A stretch of DNA of 64,000 nucleotides, taken from contig NC_086109.1 in assembly GCF_963921235.1 (NCBI RefSeq), forward strand, positions 35,094,001 through 35,158,000. Direction: 5' to 3'. The position numbers were made by a program, and so were the translations under genes. Shown here one piece after another: positions 51,376 through 64,000 of this stretch (the stretch's first letter is position 1; each line of letters opens with the position of its first letter). The stretch is from Mobula hypostoma. Its lineage: Eukaryota. A model generated the notes under the pieces. It was given only the letters and a program-made list of their open reading frames with translations. It had not been told where the DNA came from and ran no database searches.

Positions 51376-51915
51376 TAATCAGTGGCCACTTTATTAGTTC
51401 CACCTGCTCATTAATGCAAATATTTAATCAGCCAATCATGTGGCAGTAACTCAGTGCATTAAGCATGCAGACATGGTCAAGAGGTTCAGCTGCTGATCAG
51501 ACCAAACATCAGAATGAGGAAAAAATGTCATGGGAAGTGAATGATTGTTGGTGCCAGACGGGGCCGTTTGAGCATCTCAAAAACTGCTGATCTCCTAGGA
51601 TTTTCACGCACAGTAGTCTCTAGAATTTACAGAGAATGGTACGAGAAAACAAATATCATGTCATGAGTGGCAGTTTTGTGGGCGAAATGTATTGTTAATG
51701 AGAGAGGTCAGAGGAGAATGCCAGTTTGGTTTAGCTGACAGGAAGGCAACAGTAATTCAAATAACCATGCATTACAACAGTGGTGTGCACACCATCTCTG
51801 AATGCACATGTCGAAGCATGGAGTAGATGGGATACAGCTTCAAAAGATTATGAATATACACTCAGTGGCCATTTTATTAGATACAGGAGGCACCTAATAA
51901 AGTGGCAACTGAGTG
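51376..51915 (+). mobile_element. Non-autonomous Tc1-like DNA transposon
   Basis: TIRs cagtggccactttattag / ctaataaagtggcaactgagtg. From 51541 it encodes MIVGARRGRLSISKTADLLGFSRTVVSRIYREW, a Tc1 N-terminal HTH. A third fragment lies at ~56725-56890. Confidence 0.85.
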
Positions 51916-54097
51916 TGTACTTCATGAGCAAAGTTAATTTAAGTTTATATACTTTGTCAAGTTTCCAATATACTGCACTGCTACAAAAAGCAAATGTTAA
52001 TGGCATTTATACCCTGTATATGTATGCCCATGGCAATCAACTGAACCTGAAGTTGAAGTGTGTGTGAACAGTCTTGAATGGTGAAGTGCTGATATATCTG
52101 GTGACACACACAGGGTGATTGCACTTTGTAATGTGCACCATAACACATCAGTGAATTCTTAAAAATAAACAGATCTGATGTTACATGAACACATTATTGT
52201 GGTATAATGAACCAATCCTGCATTATCATGTTTGGGGTGTGTGTGTGTGTGTGTACATGCTTATGTGTTTTGGCACTTCACTCTAAATTTAAAATTTATT
52301 TGAACTCCCATGACTCGGGCATTCCTTCAGCTGAGCATAGCACAAGGCCTGTTGTATTTGTGACCATTATTAATGACTGCAGTGTGGGCCATTTCCAACA
52401 GTCTAATAGGGCATAAAACAATTAGTTCAGTTTGAGAGGTTGTTATACGAGTCACGCGTGCTTTGTCTCTGATGCATATTGGTTACCTTAGCAGCTGGAT
52501 GCTAATTGTAAGAATAACTAAGTACTTTCTGAACCATTACTGGTGGCTGGAGATCTTCTTAAGTGGAAAATCTATCCCATAATTCAATAGACTGGGCAAA
52601 CATCCTTTTTCGTTATAGGTGAGCTCTCAATCAGACAAATATTCAAAATGAACTTAATGGGATTTAAACAACTATGTACAATAATGATCTAGAAAATAAC
52701 CAGTACATCATGTTTAGAAGATTGTAAAAATGACTATCATGCTCAATCAGTAGTCTGGAATTTTTAGCACCTTCATGAAAAGAATTATGTTTAAAACAAA
52801 ACGATGAAATCATTTGAAATTTATTGTATTCATATTATAATTTTAATCCAAGCGCCCTGGCCACATACATTATTTAATAGGACATTTAAAATGAGCACAT
52901 GGATGCTTTTGTGTGAACTTATTCTGATGTGGGATTGTGGATTGTCACTTACAGCAGCCTCAGAAAGACAATTCTTTGTGTGTAGGTTGAAGTTATGACC
53001 CTTTATTTGTCAACTAAAGTACATTTGGGAAAAATGGAGCAGAGTGTAATAGTTACTCATCTCTTGATCATCTCATTCATTCTCACTCAACTCTCAGTTT
53101 TTCTATATCACTGGACCCTTCCCCTGCTCTGATCTTGATTAAAGATAAGGCTACCTCCAATCATTTTCTTTATTTTCTCAGCATCTACCTCCCCAAATTC
53201 AAATCCAATTTTTGTATGCTCCAGAATAATTAACCCTTTCCAAATGATTTAATATTGCAAGTTTAATCTGTCAACAGCATGCCACTTGCCCTTCCTTTCT
53301 CCCAGATGATTTTTCAATTTAGCAGCTGCAACTTTGCTGCCCAATGAGATTTACAGGAAGATGTTTCCTGCTTGGCATTGCTGCCTGCTGCATCTCCAGC
53401 AGTGCTTTAAGTCAGCTATAGGGTTATCAGCCAGGGACTACCATTCAATGATGTTTCGCTCCATTAGCCCCAGTCCCAGCACATATCTTCAGTAAGATAT
53501 TTATGTTCTCCAGTTGTTATTGACTATAGTTTGCAAACACACTTAAAAATTGATGAGACTGCTGTGAGACAGATTAGTTTTCCCCTTCTGATGAGGTGTT
53601 ATTGCAATTGTAATCATATTCAGTATAAGAGGAATGGCATGTTCAGGCCTTTGATTTACGTGTTCAGCTGAGGAACCAATGGCACAAAGCTACCATCCAC
53701 AAGATTATGACTGAATGCTTTTAACTCAGAATCCTCCCTAACAGATTTGATTCTTTTTTCAAAGTGAAACAATGCCAAAGCATTGGTAAAGGAAATATTT
53801 TCCATTGTAAATATCCACTCCAGGTATCAAGCAGTCCCAGAAAGAGCATGACACTTGACTTATGACATTTTGAGCAGAGTGCCAATTAACCCAAAGTAAG
53901 TGTAGTTTTTCTACTTTAGCCTATGGTCACACATGGTCAGAATCTGAAATGATATCCCAGATGTAATGAAGTATTTGGCTAAACAGTTGTATTTACTAGT
54001 TTCCTCAAAAATATATTAACTTAAAAAAATAAATAAAGCTGGCTGTAAAGAATTAATACTTAAATACTTCATAGAAGTGTGCAAGATGATAAGACTC

Positions 54098-54352
54098 CTA
54101 GACTGAGTGGATAGCTGACACTTTTTCCCCAGGGTAGAAATGGCTTATACGAGGGTATTTAACGTTAAGGTTCTTGGAGAAATGTATTGAGTAGATGTCA
54201 GAGACAACATTTTTTTTAAACACAGTATTGGTTGTATGAAAGAATCCACCAGGACTGGTGATAGAGTCAGATGCTCTTAGGACATTTAAGAAGCTCTTAG
54301 GTAGACACATGGGTGATAGAAAAATGGAGAGCTATGTAGGAGGGAAAGGTTA
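54098..54352 (+). mobile_element. CR1 3' fragment
   Basis: ctttttccccagggtagaaatgg...ggacatttaagaagctcttag resembles the end of CR1 ORF2. Confidence 0.6.
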
Positions 54353-56894
54353 GGTAGAATTTTCATCATTTTTATACATTTTTTCTACCTTTTTTGTAGG
54401 CAGTAATGCAATCTTGTTAATACTACTGTAAAAGATTATACCTTTTCATGATCTTAACAATCAATCAATATTGTAATGTTATTCTGAAAAGTCGAAATGT
54501 TATTCTCAAAAATAACTTTTACCTCTTGAATTGTGAATTTTTCTTTAAACTGGAAGGTGAGAATTTAAACAGAAGCTTGATTCACATGCATTGAGTGTAA
54601 TCAAAGACACACACATGCACATAGCCATTAAAAGGACTCAGACATCTTAAGGTTCACTGGTCTTGTTTTTTCTACACAGGCAGTGAAATTAACATTCATT
54701 TCAGCCTTTTCTGATTTTTCTATGATTGACTGAGCTGTACTTGATCAGTCAATGGCCTGTGGTAATTACAAATGTTCTAGAAGAATGCATTTTAAATAAC
54801 TACACTACTGCTTGATAATTTGGATCATCAGTAAAATACAGTCTGCGTTTTGTTCTTGTCATGTGGCTGTTCCATACACTGCAAATCACTAAATGTAACG
54901 CTTACTCTTCCCCATCAGTATTCTACTCTTTACATGCATTCTTTAAAAATTTTTCATATTTTTGGAATATCTCAGTATTTGCCATTATTTCCAAAACACC
55001 TTTCATAACTTGGTTTTCATTGGATTTGTAAACACAATTTTTGTGTTTCCCTCTTGTTAGTTGTTTTAACACAATCTTTCTTGTAATTTAATAACTGCTC
55101 ACCAGAAGATGAAGAAATTGCCTAAAATTCTCCAAAAGTCTGACCACTAGTAATCTACAGTGCACACTGGTATTTCAGTGTTCCAATTTTAAACAGGCAT
55201 ATCTGAAGTGCTTTACACCATTGGAGCGTATCTTCCAAAGGCCCAGTGCTGGTCCTCCCTTGAACAATTGCAGGCATTCAACTTTCTGTTGGTGTTGTGC
55301 TAGTCTTCTCACCTAGTAAATTCAGGGTCTCCACTCTGCTTCCCATTCAGCACAATGGATAACCCTCATGATCTAAGTCTGCTGAATAGGCTTGGTATAA
55401 TGATGCTTGTGAAACTCAGCATGAGGATTTATTTGCAAGTGTAAAGAGGACTGATTAATGATTAAATTGTGTATGGCTTGTTCATGTTCAATGGACAAAA
55501 GTCAGGAACAGGACCAGCCAAGAAGTTGGAATGGCCTCAATGGATACCATTTAAAAATTAGGTGATATTCTGTTAAGATAGTTTATGGCTCATGCATGGT
55601 GATGAGTTGCTTTTTCTCGTGGAGGGTTCAGTTGTTGAAATTCCAATGGGCAGTGGAGGCAGAGTCTTTCAATATTTATAAGACAAGGAAATGAGGGGAC
55701 AAACAAGACAAAGAAAGGTTAGGATAGATAGGCAGGAATACTGAACTGATATTACAAATAAACCTTAGTAGGTGTTGGAAAAGGTTTGAGGGACTTAGTG
55801 GCTTCCTCTTGCTTCTATTTCATTTGTTCATGTGGACCTCCCTTGTAGACTGGCTTGGCTGCAACCTGTACAGAGATAAGAACCTGGATCATATTAGCAA
55901 CTTGCCAGTTATTGAAAGATCGGGCCCATTATTTCTAGTGTGTCATTATTTCTCGTGATTCAGTTATTAATGTCATCCAAAGGGTTCTTACTATAACAAT
56001 AGCCCAATCCCTATGAAAACAATTGCAAATACACACTAGCCGAATGACTTCAACTTTCTTTGAGGCAGGCACTGGCCGTCCAACAGTGGGGTGACTTATA
56101 TCTCGCTCTTTAACTGCCTTCTCAATTCTCATGTCAATTATTTATCAGCCATTTCAATAATAGCACTCTGCCAGAAGCAGCAGTGAGGAAACACTGCTCA
56201 GAGGGACAATATTTGCTTTATCTGTTCTTGCAAATTTTGGCAGCAGAGTTGCTTCCACCATATCATCACGAAGTCATCTTGCTGAAAGCTCTGAAGCTTG
56301 AAAATTCCTCCTGAGGAACTTTTCTCATTTCCTCTCCTTATGTTGGGTAGGATGTGTGGGAGTATGCTTTCACACTTAAAACTTCTTTAAATAAAAAAAT
56401 AGATGCATTTGATTGATAATAATAAATATTTCAGGACTACTCTTGGTCATTTTGGTTGAGAAACTTTTAAAAATTGGATTAACAGGATATGCAACTTAGT
56501 TGTTTTTAAACAAATTTTGCTTAATATGAGAAAAATAAGCTGTAAGGTTAGTTCACTTAACAGCTTTGCTAAAAAGCTGAATAGTATAATTTCACACGCA
56601 GGAATAAAAATCAACAAATTTCAAAGCATATGAGAGAGTTTCAGGGAATTGGACATTGGGAAAGCAGAGGTCATGGCTGTTGTGAGTAATGGCCTTCTAA
56701 ACTTTGAAAACTGCGTTATCAGGACACACTTAGTCTTAGGTACACCGTACATTTGCTCATTAATGCCAATCATGTGCCAAAGCATGCAGACATGGTCAAG
56801 AAGTTCAGTTGTCCGGACCAAACATCAGAATGGGGAAGAAATGTGATGCAAGTGACTTTGAACGTGGAATAGTTGTTGGTGTCAGAGGAAGCGA

Positions 56895-58190
56895 TAAAGA
56901 TGATTGATGAGGTTAGGGCAATGGATGTAGACTACATGTACTTTAGGAAAGCATTTGACAAGGTTCACCATTTTAGTCTGGTCCAGAGTAAATCATATGG
57001 TGCTGTAGTGCATTGGTAAGCCAAGATACAAAATTAGCTTGGCCATAGCAGACTGAGGGGAGTGGTGGATAAATAGTTTTCTGACTGGAGGCCTGCAGTC
57101 AGTGGTGTTCTGCAAAGATCAATGCTGGGATCTCTGTTGTTTGTGATTTGGTTGAGAATATAAGAGCTCTGATCTGTAAGTTGCAGAGGACATGAAAATT
57201 GGTGGAGTTGTACAAAGTGAGGAAGAGTTTTAAAGTAAAGTAAAGCAGGATATAGATCCAATTGAAATATAGGCAGAGTACTGGCAAACAGAGTTTGATC
57301 TGGGCAAGTGGGAGGTGATGTTTTTTGGGAAGTCAAATGCAAGATGAAAGTTCTGTAAATAGGACCCTAAGAAGGATGAATGTACAGAGGGATTTTGACG
57401 AGCAAATGCATTGCTCCCTAAGATAACACATAGAAAACGCAGGAGGGACTCAGGAGGTCATGCAGCATCTATGGAAAAGAATAAACAGTTGATGTTCAGG
57501 CCAAGACCCTTCTTCAGTCCTGATGAATAAAGTTGGCTCTTTATTGTTCTCGAAAAATGCTGCAAGACCTACTGAGTTCCTCTATCATTTTGTGTGTGTT
57601 ATCTGGATGTCTAGAATCTGCAAAATTTCTAGTGTTTAAAATAAAGATTAGATTTATTTGTCACATGAACGTCAAAACATACAATGAAATGCATTGTTTG
57701 CATCAACAATCAGCACACAGTTCGATGAAGTGGATTTGGATGTTAAAAAAGGCATATGCCGTGCTTGCTTTCATTCTTTGGAGATGTACTTTTGCAGCTG
57801 TGTAAAACTTTAAGGTCACATTTGGAGTATTGTGTGCAGTTTTGGTCACAAACTAAAGGAAGGGTGTCAAGGCTTTTAAAGGCATGCAGAAGACATTCAG
57901 CAGTATGTCACCTGAATTGGAGTTTGTTAGCTGTTAGATGTTGACAAAGTTGGTTTGTTTTCCCTGAAGTGTTAGAAGTTGAGTGGCAAATTGATTGAAA
58001 CATATAAACAGGAGAGGGAGGAAATGTCAAATACTATGTGGCATGGTTTGAAGTTGAAAGGAGAAAACTTTGAAGGAAGTGTGCTAGGCAAGTTTTTAAA
58101 CAGAGTGGTAGATGCCTGGAACACACTGCCAGAGAGGTGGTAGGAGCAGATATGACAGCAATATTTAAGAGGCTTATAGACAGCCACATG
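56895..58190 (+). mobile_element. Decayed CR1 fragment
   Basis: aaagcatttgacaaggtt, ttggagtattgtgtgcagttttggtc and cagagtggtagatgcctggaacacactgcc are CR1 ORF2 signatures. Confidence 0.75.
57421..57640. mobile_element. Older fold-back PLE-terminus insertion inside a CR1 fragment
   Basis: agataacaca (57421) pairs with tgtgttatct (ends 57604). Hammerhead remnants occur on both strands: ctgaagaagggtcttggcctgaacatc on minus and ctgatga at 57520 on plus. Confidence 0.65.
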
Positions 58191-59647
58191 AAAGTCCATG
58201 TATCTGATTGTGGTTGTGTGAAATTCTTCAGTTCATAAAATGAAATGTAAAAGCAAGTTGATTTTGAAAATGTTATATGAATGGGTTGTGTCAGAGAATT
58301 ATTTTATGGAATAGGATTTTTCTTTGTAAATCAGCAGGGAGAAGAAAAACACACTTCTCTGGTTGCAATAAATGTTGTTATTTCTATGTATTAGGTTTGT
58401 AGTTCAGCTCCAATCTGAAGTGTTTGTTTGGTGGTTCTCTTAGTTCAACTCAGTTGAATCAGACCCAGGAAGTCCTGTGGTGAGAAGTAATATTCAAGCT
58501 GCTGGGGAGAATTGATTGAGTGAGTGAGCAGAATTTAAGCACTCACAGGGTGACCATGAGAAAAAAACACAATATTCTGGTCATTTCAAGCTGAGCTGTG
58601 GCTACATGAAAGAAAGAACAGTTACTACTCTTCTTTAGTTGTTCTCCTTTCGCTTAAAACCCCTGCCTCTATTTACGTACACATTTCAATTTCAGCAAAG
58701 CACAATATACACATCCGTAGACTCACACATGCTAACTCTATTGATGGCATAGAGAGACGCCTACTCTGGGGATTTAGGCAGAGCCAATTATCTGGATATG
58801 CCAGTTCATAGGCAGACCTTGAACGAGCAGATACTGATGATGGAGACACTTACCTGCTCCTTTATCTTCATCATTTGCATGGGGTGCGCATTTAAGTGAA
58901 AGATGCAAAATTGCAGCAATATTTTCTTGATGACATGCTATAAATGAACTCATTGTGAAGAAAGATCAGTACAGTTCATATTTATTCAATTGACACTTCT
59001 CAGAGGTGTATTTCACTCAAAAAACATTCAGTAACTTGAGTGCCATCTCCAGCAGAAGTTTCAGTAACAGTTCAATTGTCCAGTTGGAATATGCATTCTC
59101 AATATCCCACATGTAAAGGCTGCTTTCCCTGTCTTCACTGGTTTCAATACCATAGCAGAAGGAACAATGATGCTCAGTTCCTTGTTATTACAAACTCTAC
59201 ATTATTATAAGGTTCAGAGGCAATAGCAGAACTGAAGCTGCTGCGGCCCAGGGAGATAACACGTCAGCTTTTCCTGACACCCAGTTCAACAAACAGTGGA
59301 TATATTACAGAACCAAGGATTCACAGCAGCCGTTAATTTGGTGATCATCCAACGGTGTCATCATTTGAGTGGGTACACTCCCAATTCTGTACTTGGGGGC
59401 ACTGAGAAAAGGTATTAGGCAAGACGTTACAAACCATACATTGTCACCAAAGAAAAGTATTGCAAGGAAGAAAATCAATAGGAGCAAACACTTACTGTTC
59501 TTTGTATATTCATTATTTTTGCTATTTTTGTAAACTGTTGTTTGTGAGCTTTTTCCCTGTACACAGGATATTTGCAGAGGATGGCTCCATTCTGCTTCGC
59601 TAGCTGAACAATTGGACCTCTTTGAACTTTTTAAGTCAAGTCAAGTG

Positions 59648-59965
59648 GGTGGCATGGCTGTGTTACCGCAATGCTTCGCAGCACTCAAAATAAACAACCT
59701 GCTGCTGTAAGGAGTTTATATGTTCTCCCCATGCCATGCGGGATTCCTTTGGGTGCTCCAATTTCCTTTAGCATTCCAAAGGTGCATGTTTAGGTTTAGG
59801 GTTAGAGTTGTGGGCAAGCTGTGGTGGGGCTGGAAGCATAGCAACACTTGTGGCTGTCCCCAGCCGGTCCTCAGACTGCCTTAGTCGTTGACACAAATGA
59901 TGCCTTTCACTGTATGTTTCAATGTTTCAATGTACATGTGACATATAAAGCTAATCTAATCTTCA
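59648..59965 (+). mobile_element. V-SINE
   Basis: taaggagtttatatgttctcccc..gggtgctcc..cattccaaagg. Same family as 3030-3345. Confidence 0.7.
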
Positions 59966-60624
59966 TCAGGCTAATCTCGAAACTAGGAAATCGTTCCATA
60001 TCCCCAGTCAAATTAAGTCTAATTACTATAATGTGGCCTCATAACCCTCGTGGTTTCATGACCCTAGTTATATCTGCGTTTTACTCTGTGCCTACTAATT
60101 ATTAAATCATGGACCAGGCCTAATGACTTTCCTCAAGTACTTCTGGTACTTAGACCTCTTTAAGATACTGCCAAACTATTCACGTTCCAGCATGAAGCAA
60201 AACTTTAAAATACATAAAAGACCAACACAAAGCTAGCTTTAAAGTGCATGATTTTATGAAATACATTTCTGCTTGAAACTTCCCTGAGGTCTTGTCCTTC
60301 CAAGACTGTGGGTATCCTGTGTGCCAATAAGCTTAAAGGTGGTGTGAGCTCTCCACAATTTCCTTCAGCATTTGTTAATGAAACTAGATCCTGAGCTAAA
60401 GTAACTTCGAAACCCTGATTTCCAACAGATTACTGCTCCTCAGTAAAGTAATGGGAGATTAATAGGTTCAATTATTAAGATGACACGTGGGTTGCTGGGT
60501 TAAGCATGAAGCCTGTTATTGCAAACCTCTGGATTAAATTATAAACCATATAGACCTGATTCTACTTCACTCAATAGTTTCTTCTTCACATGTTTTCATG
60601 TTTGACTCTTACTACAGTTAAAGG

Positions 60625-60939
60625 GTGCGGGCATGTGGCCAAGTGGTTAGGGCATTGGACTAGCGACCTGAAGGTCATGAGTTCGAGCCCCAGCCGAGGC
60701 AATGTGTTGTGTTGTTGAGCAAAGCACTTAATCACACATTGATCTGCGACAACACTGGTGCCAAGCTGTATGGGAAGCTGTAATGCCCTTCCCTTGGACA
60801 ACATTGGTGTCGTGGAGAGGGGAGACTTGCAGCATGGGCAACTGCTGGTCTTCCATACAACCTTGCCCAGGCCTGTGTCCTGGAGAGTGAAGACTTTCCA
60901 GGCGCAGATCCATGGTCTCGCAAGACTAACGGATGCCTT
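60625..60939 (+). mobile_element. tRNA-derived SINE with a CORE-like middle
   Basis: A box tggccaagtgg, B box gttcgagcc, CORE-like ttgagcaaagcacttaa, and a perfect 12-bp TSD tacagttaaagg (60613-60624, 60940-60951). Confidence 0.85.
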
Positions 60940-62889
60940 TACAGTTAAAGGCTACATGTATTTTTATGTACAGTGTTAACTCAAAAAAGATGGAAGAATT
61001 TATGTTTTTCATTGTTTTGGTGAATTTGAGTTAATAACAAATTGACTCAGGTTTTCCTCTGGAAGAACATCAATCAATATATAGGACCGCTAGTACAGAA
61101 GCTTAGACTGAAGTAAATTATAAAAGGCAAGAGATATGGTTCTTGTGAGGTACAGCAATGTTTGTTTCAGCAGTGCCATCAATTGCAGCAAAGCGTGCCC
61201 AAAGGCCAAAGTCACAAGTTTCCCTTCACATTTCGTTCATTGTGTTTGTAAGTAAAGTGAAAGGTACTATGACTTATGGAAGGACTGGGTTATAGAAGGT
61301 GAATGAGTCTAAGTGGGAGGCTGAATTAGGGCCTGTCAAGTGGTTGTGAGAAGCTGGTTGTTGGGAGTGGACAGGAGTGATGCTCAGGTATCAGAGTCCC
61401 TCATGAAAATCATCTACAGCAGATGAGTGGGTGTTCAGGGTTCCTGAGGACAGATTAATGGTTTGGAATCAGAGACCCAATCAGAGTAAGAATTGGCTGT
61501 GTTGTTAGCTGGATATTTGGGTCAGGAGTAGCAGTTGGTGATGGAGATCCGAGACTTCAATCAGGGTGCTCATAGGCAGATTGAGGATGGCATCATTCAG
61601 GCTTGGTGCATTCAGATGCTGAGGGAGTTGAAAGGAATTGGGGTACCTAACACATTGAAGGAATTAGAACATTTGGTGAGATTGGATATTTGTTGGAGGG
61701 TGATCTTTTAGGGGCTGTGCTGATTTAAATATATCAAAGTAATGGGATGTAGTGACCCTCAGCACAATGAAAGCATGATTGTTTCAGGAAAAAACAATGA
61801 CATTACCTCCACTGAACAACCTACTTGCATGACCACTAAGATCATTTGATTACTTCCAATTTCTAAATCGCCTCTGATGCACAGTATGAGCATGATTAAC
61901 ACTGAATGAAAACCGTCTGGTCAAGTTTCGGAGCGACAGAGTCCAATCTGATAATCTCAATTCCATTCTAGACACATCCATTTTCAATCAAGTAGTGCTG
62001 AAATTAGAAGTGGTATGATGCTGCTTTAAGGAAATAAAATCTGCATTTGGAGTTAAACAGATTGACACTATTTGACCTTAGTAAGAAATTACTTCCAGCT
62101 CACCTATTGAAATTAATTATGGATCAGCTCTTTGCTAAATTATAGCTTGCACAAATCTAAAGTGTCATTTTGCAATTTTCCATTGGTTATATGAGGTCTT
62201 TGTTTTTCAGTTTAGCATTTGTATTAGATCTTTTTGTGTTACATGTTTTTCACTATAATCTTCAAGTAATGCTACAACAAAAGCTTCAGTACTTGGGTGA
62301 CAATCTTGCTCTTCAGTAAGGAAAATTATAGTTAGAATAAGGAAAATCTTCCATCTTCCATCAGAAAAAATTATTGTTGTCAATAGTTATCAATCAGTCA
62401 CAGATGGATTGGATTTAGTGGTGAGAAAGGAAGAGACTGAAACTCAAAGCAAGCTGCTCATAATGGCTTTGTGGTCTTTGTAAGTAAACTCAAAGATACT
62501 ATGACTTACGGAAGGACGGATTTTCTTTTTATTTGTTTTGAATTGTGGTCTGACACTACGGATAAACAGCAGCAGTGATGCAATTTAATGCGTTAAACAT
62601 CTAATCCAGTTTCAAAATTATTTCTGCAACAAACCTTGAAACAAAAAAAAACAAATTCAAGGATAACAGAATAAAGACTGGAATGGGGGAGGGTGTTAGT
62701 TAAAGGTAACATCTAAGCACACTTAAAAAGTAACATAAGAACAACCTTTAACGCTCATGGAATGATACTATGAGAGAATGCCACTCCTCTGTTAAATTAT
62801 TTTCAGGGATAAGGAGATGGTTCAGCAGTAAGAATTATTTTGACTTAAGGATTTGCTTGTGGCTTTATGCATAAAACCTTACATGTTCT

Positions 62890-63360
62890 AGGAATGAAAG
62901 GGTTACCGTATGAGATACATCTGGCAGCTCTTGGGCTGTATTCCCTGGAGTTCAGGAGAGTAAGGGAGTATATCACAGAGGTGTTCTGAATGTTAAAAGG
63001 CCTGAACAAATTAGATATGGCAAAATTATTTCCCATGGTAGAGGAGTTTAGAAGAGGACATGACTTCAGGATTGTAGGATGCCCATTTAGAATAGAGATG
63101 CAGGGAAATTACTTTAGTCAGAGGGTGGTAAATCTGTGGAATTTGTTGCCACAACCGGCTGTTGAGGCCCAGTCATTGGGTGCATTTAAGGCAGAGATAG
63201 GTTCCTGATTAGCCAGGACATCAAAGGGTATGGGGAGAAGGCAGAGGAGTGGGAATGACTGGATGAATTGGATCAGCCCATGGCTGAATGGTGGAGCAGA
63301 CTCCATGGGCCAAATGGCCTAATTCTGCTCCTAGATCTAAGGGTATTATGGTTATGGTCT
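62890..63360 (+). mobile_element. CR1 3' end
   Basis: MLKGL..LFPMV..YFSQRVVNLWNLLP..FKAEI, then the atggcctaattctgctcct terminus. Confidence 0.85.
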
Positions 63361-64000
63361 TCAATGGCTGAACAAAACAAATAATAAGTTTAAAAATACG
63401 CTTCAAATCACTGTTTCTGTTTATTACATCAGCAAATACATGGTACAAAGCACCTATGAAGGAGCAAAGTGCCACTGACTGATTTCTAGACTTCCTCAAT
63501 TAAAGAGAAAATAACTAATTGTGTAGGAAGCAGAATATAAATAAACCTAATCAACATTACTTATGTATGTATGTGCAGGCCTTAGAAGTCATTGTTAGCT
63601 TTGCAGAGAAGTGATTGCTTGTATTGACTATTTGACTATACTGCCATCATCGTAACATTATATTCCAGGGAAGCATTTATAAACAGTAAATTGGCAAATG
63701 CCTGTGTTAAAATTACAAGTTAGTCAATAGAGATATTTGACAATGCTATCACAAAATAAGCCAGGAGAATGAACTGTGTTATTGAAAAAACAAACAATAT
63801 ATGACACAAATATAATCAGATGAGACAGGCAGAAGTGTTAGCAGATATGTTCTCTTTGTCACTTCTCCTCTTCATGACCCTGGTAGAGTAATGTGTTTGC
63901 AAGTTAGGATCAGCCACCTACCATGTCTATTTTATTCTCCACAAGTGTACTATTTCTCTACATTCCAATGTAATTTACTGCTGCAGTGTACTTTAAGGCT

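Noticed and set aside
55346..55366. RE1/NRSE-like site ttcagcacaatggataaccct
   Set aside because: Mismatches at two core positions of TTCAGCACCNNGGACAG make it too weak without ChIP or conservation data.
60625..60700. tRNA gene (also 16646-16720)
   Set aside because: A and B boxes are present but continue into SINE bodies flanked by target duplications, so these are SINE heads.

Overview
Eukaryotic vertebrate genomic DNA, most likely a cartilaginous fish (inferred from the CR1, V-SINE, Rex1/Babar and Penelope repeat mix). The only host coding sequence I can support is one 217-nt internal exon of a group III metabotropic glutamate receptor, best match GRM4 (34594-34810, + strand). The rest looks like very large introns filled with transposable elements. 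These include two young Neptune-type Penelope-like elements (PLEs; RT plus GIY-YIG), an inverted Poseidon/Penelope-type PLE, and many CR1 LINEs, one young and nested in an older one. There are also Rex1/Babar fragments, tRNA-derived and V-type SINEs, three probable solo LTRs, Tc1-like non-autonomous elements and a hAT MITE. The most interesting layer is RNA structure. About ten minimal hammerhead-ribozyme motifs or remnants sit in PLE 3' ends, including short TSD-flanked insertions made only of the ribozyme-bearing terminus, two of them fold-back hairpins. Also noted are a decayed ~14-bp-period array, a perfect 29-bp template-switch palindrome and a twister-like RTE leader. All coordinates were read by eye, and boundaries of old repeats are approximate.
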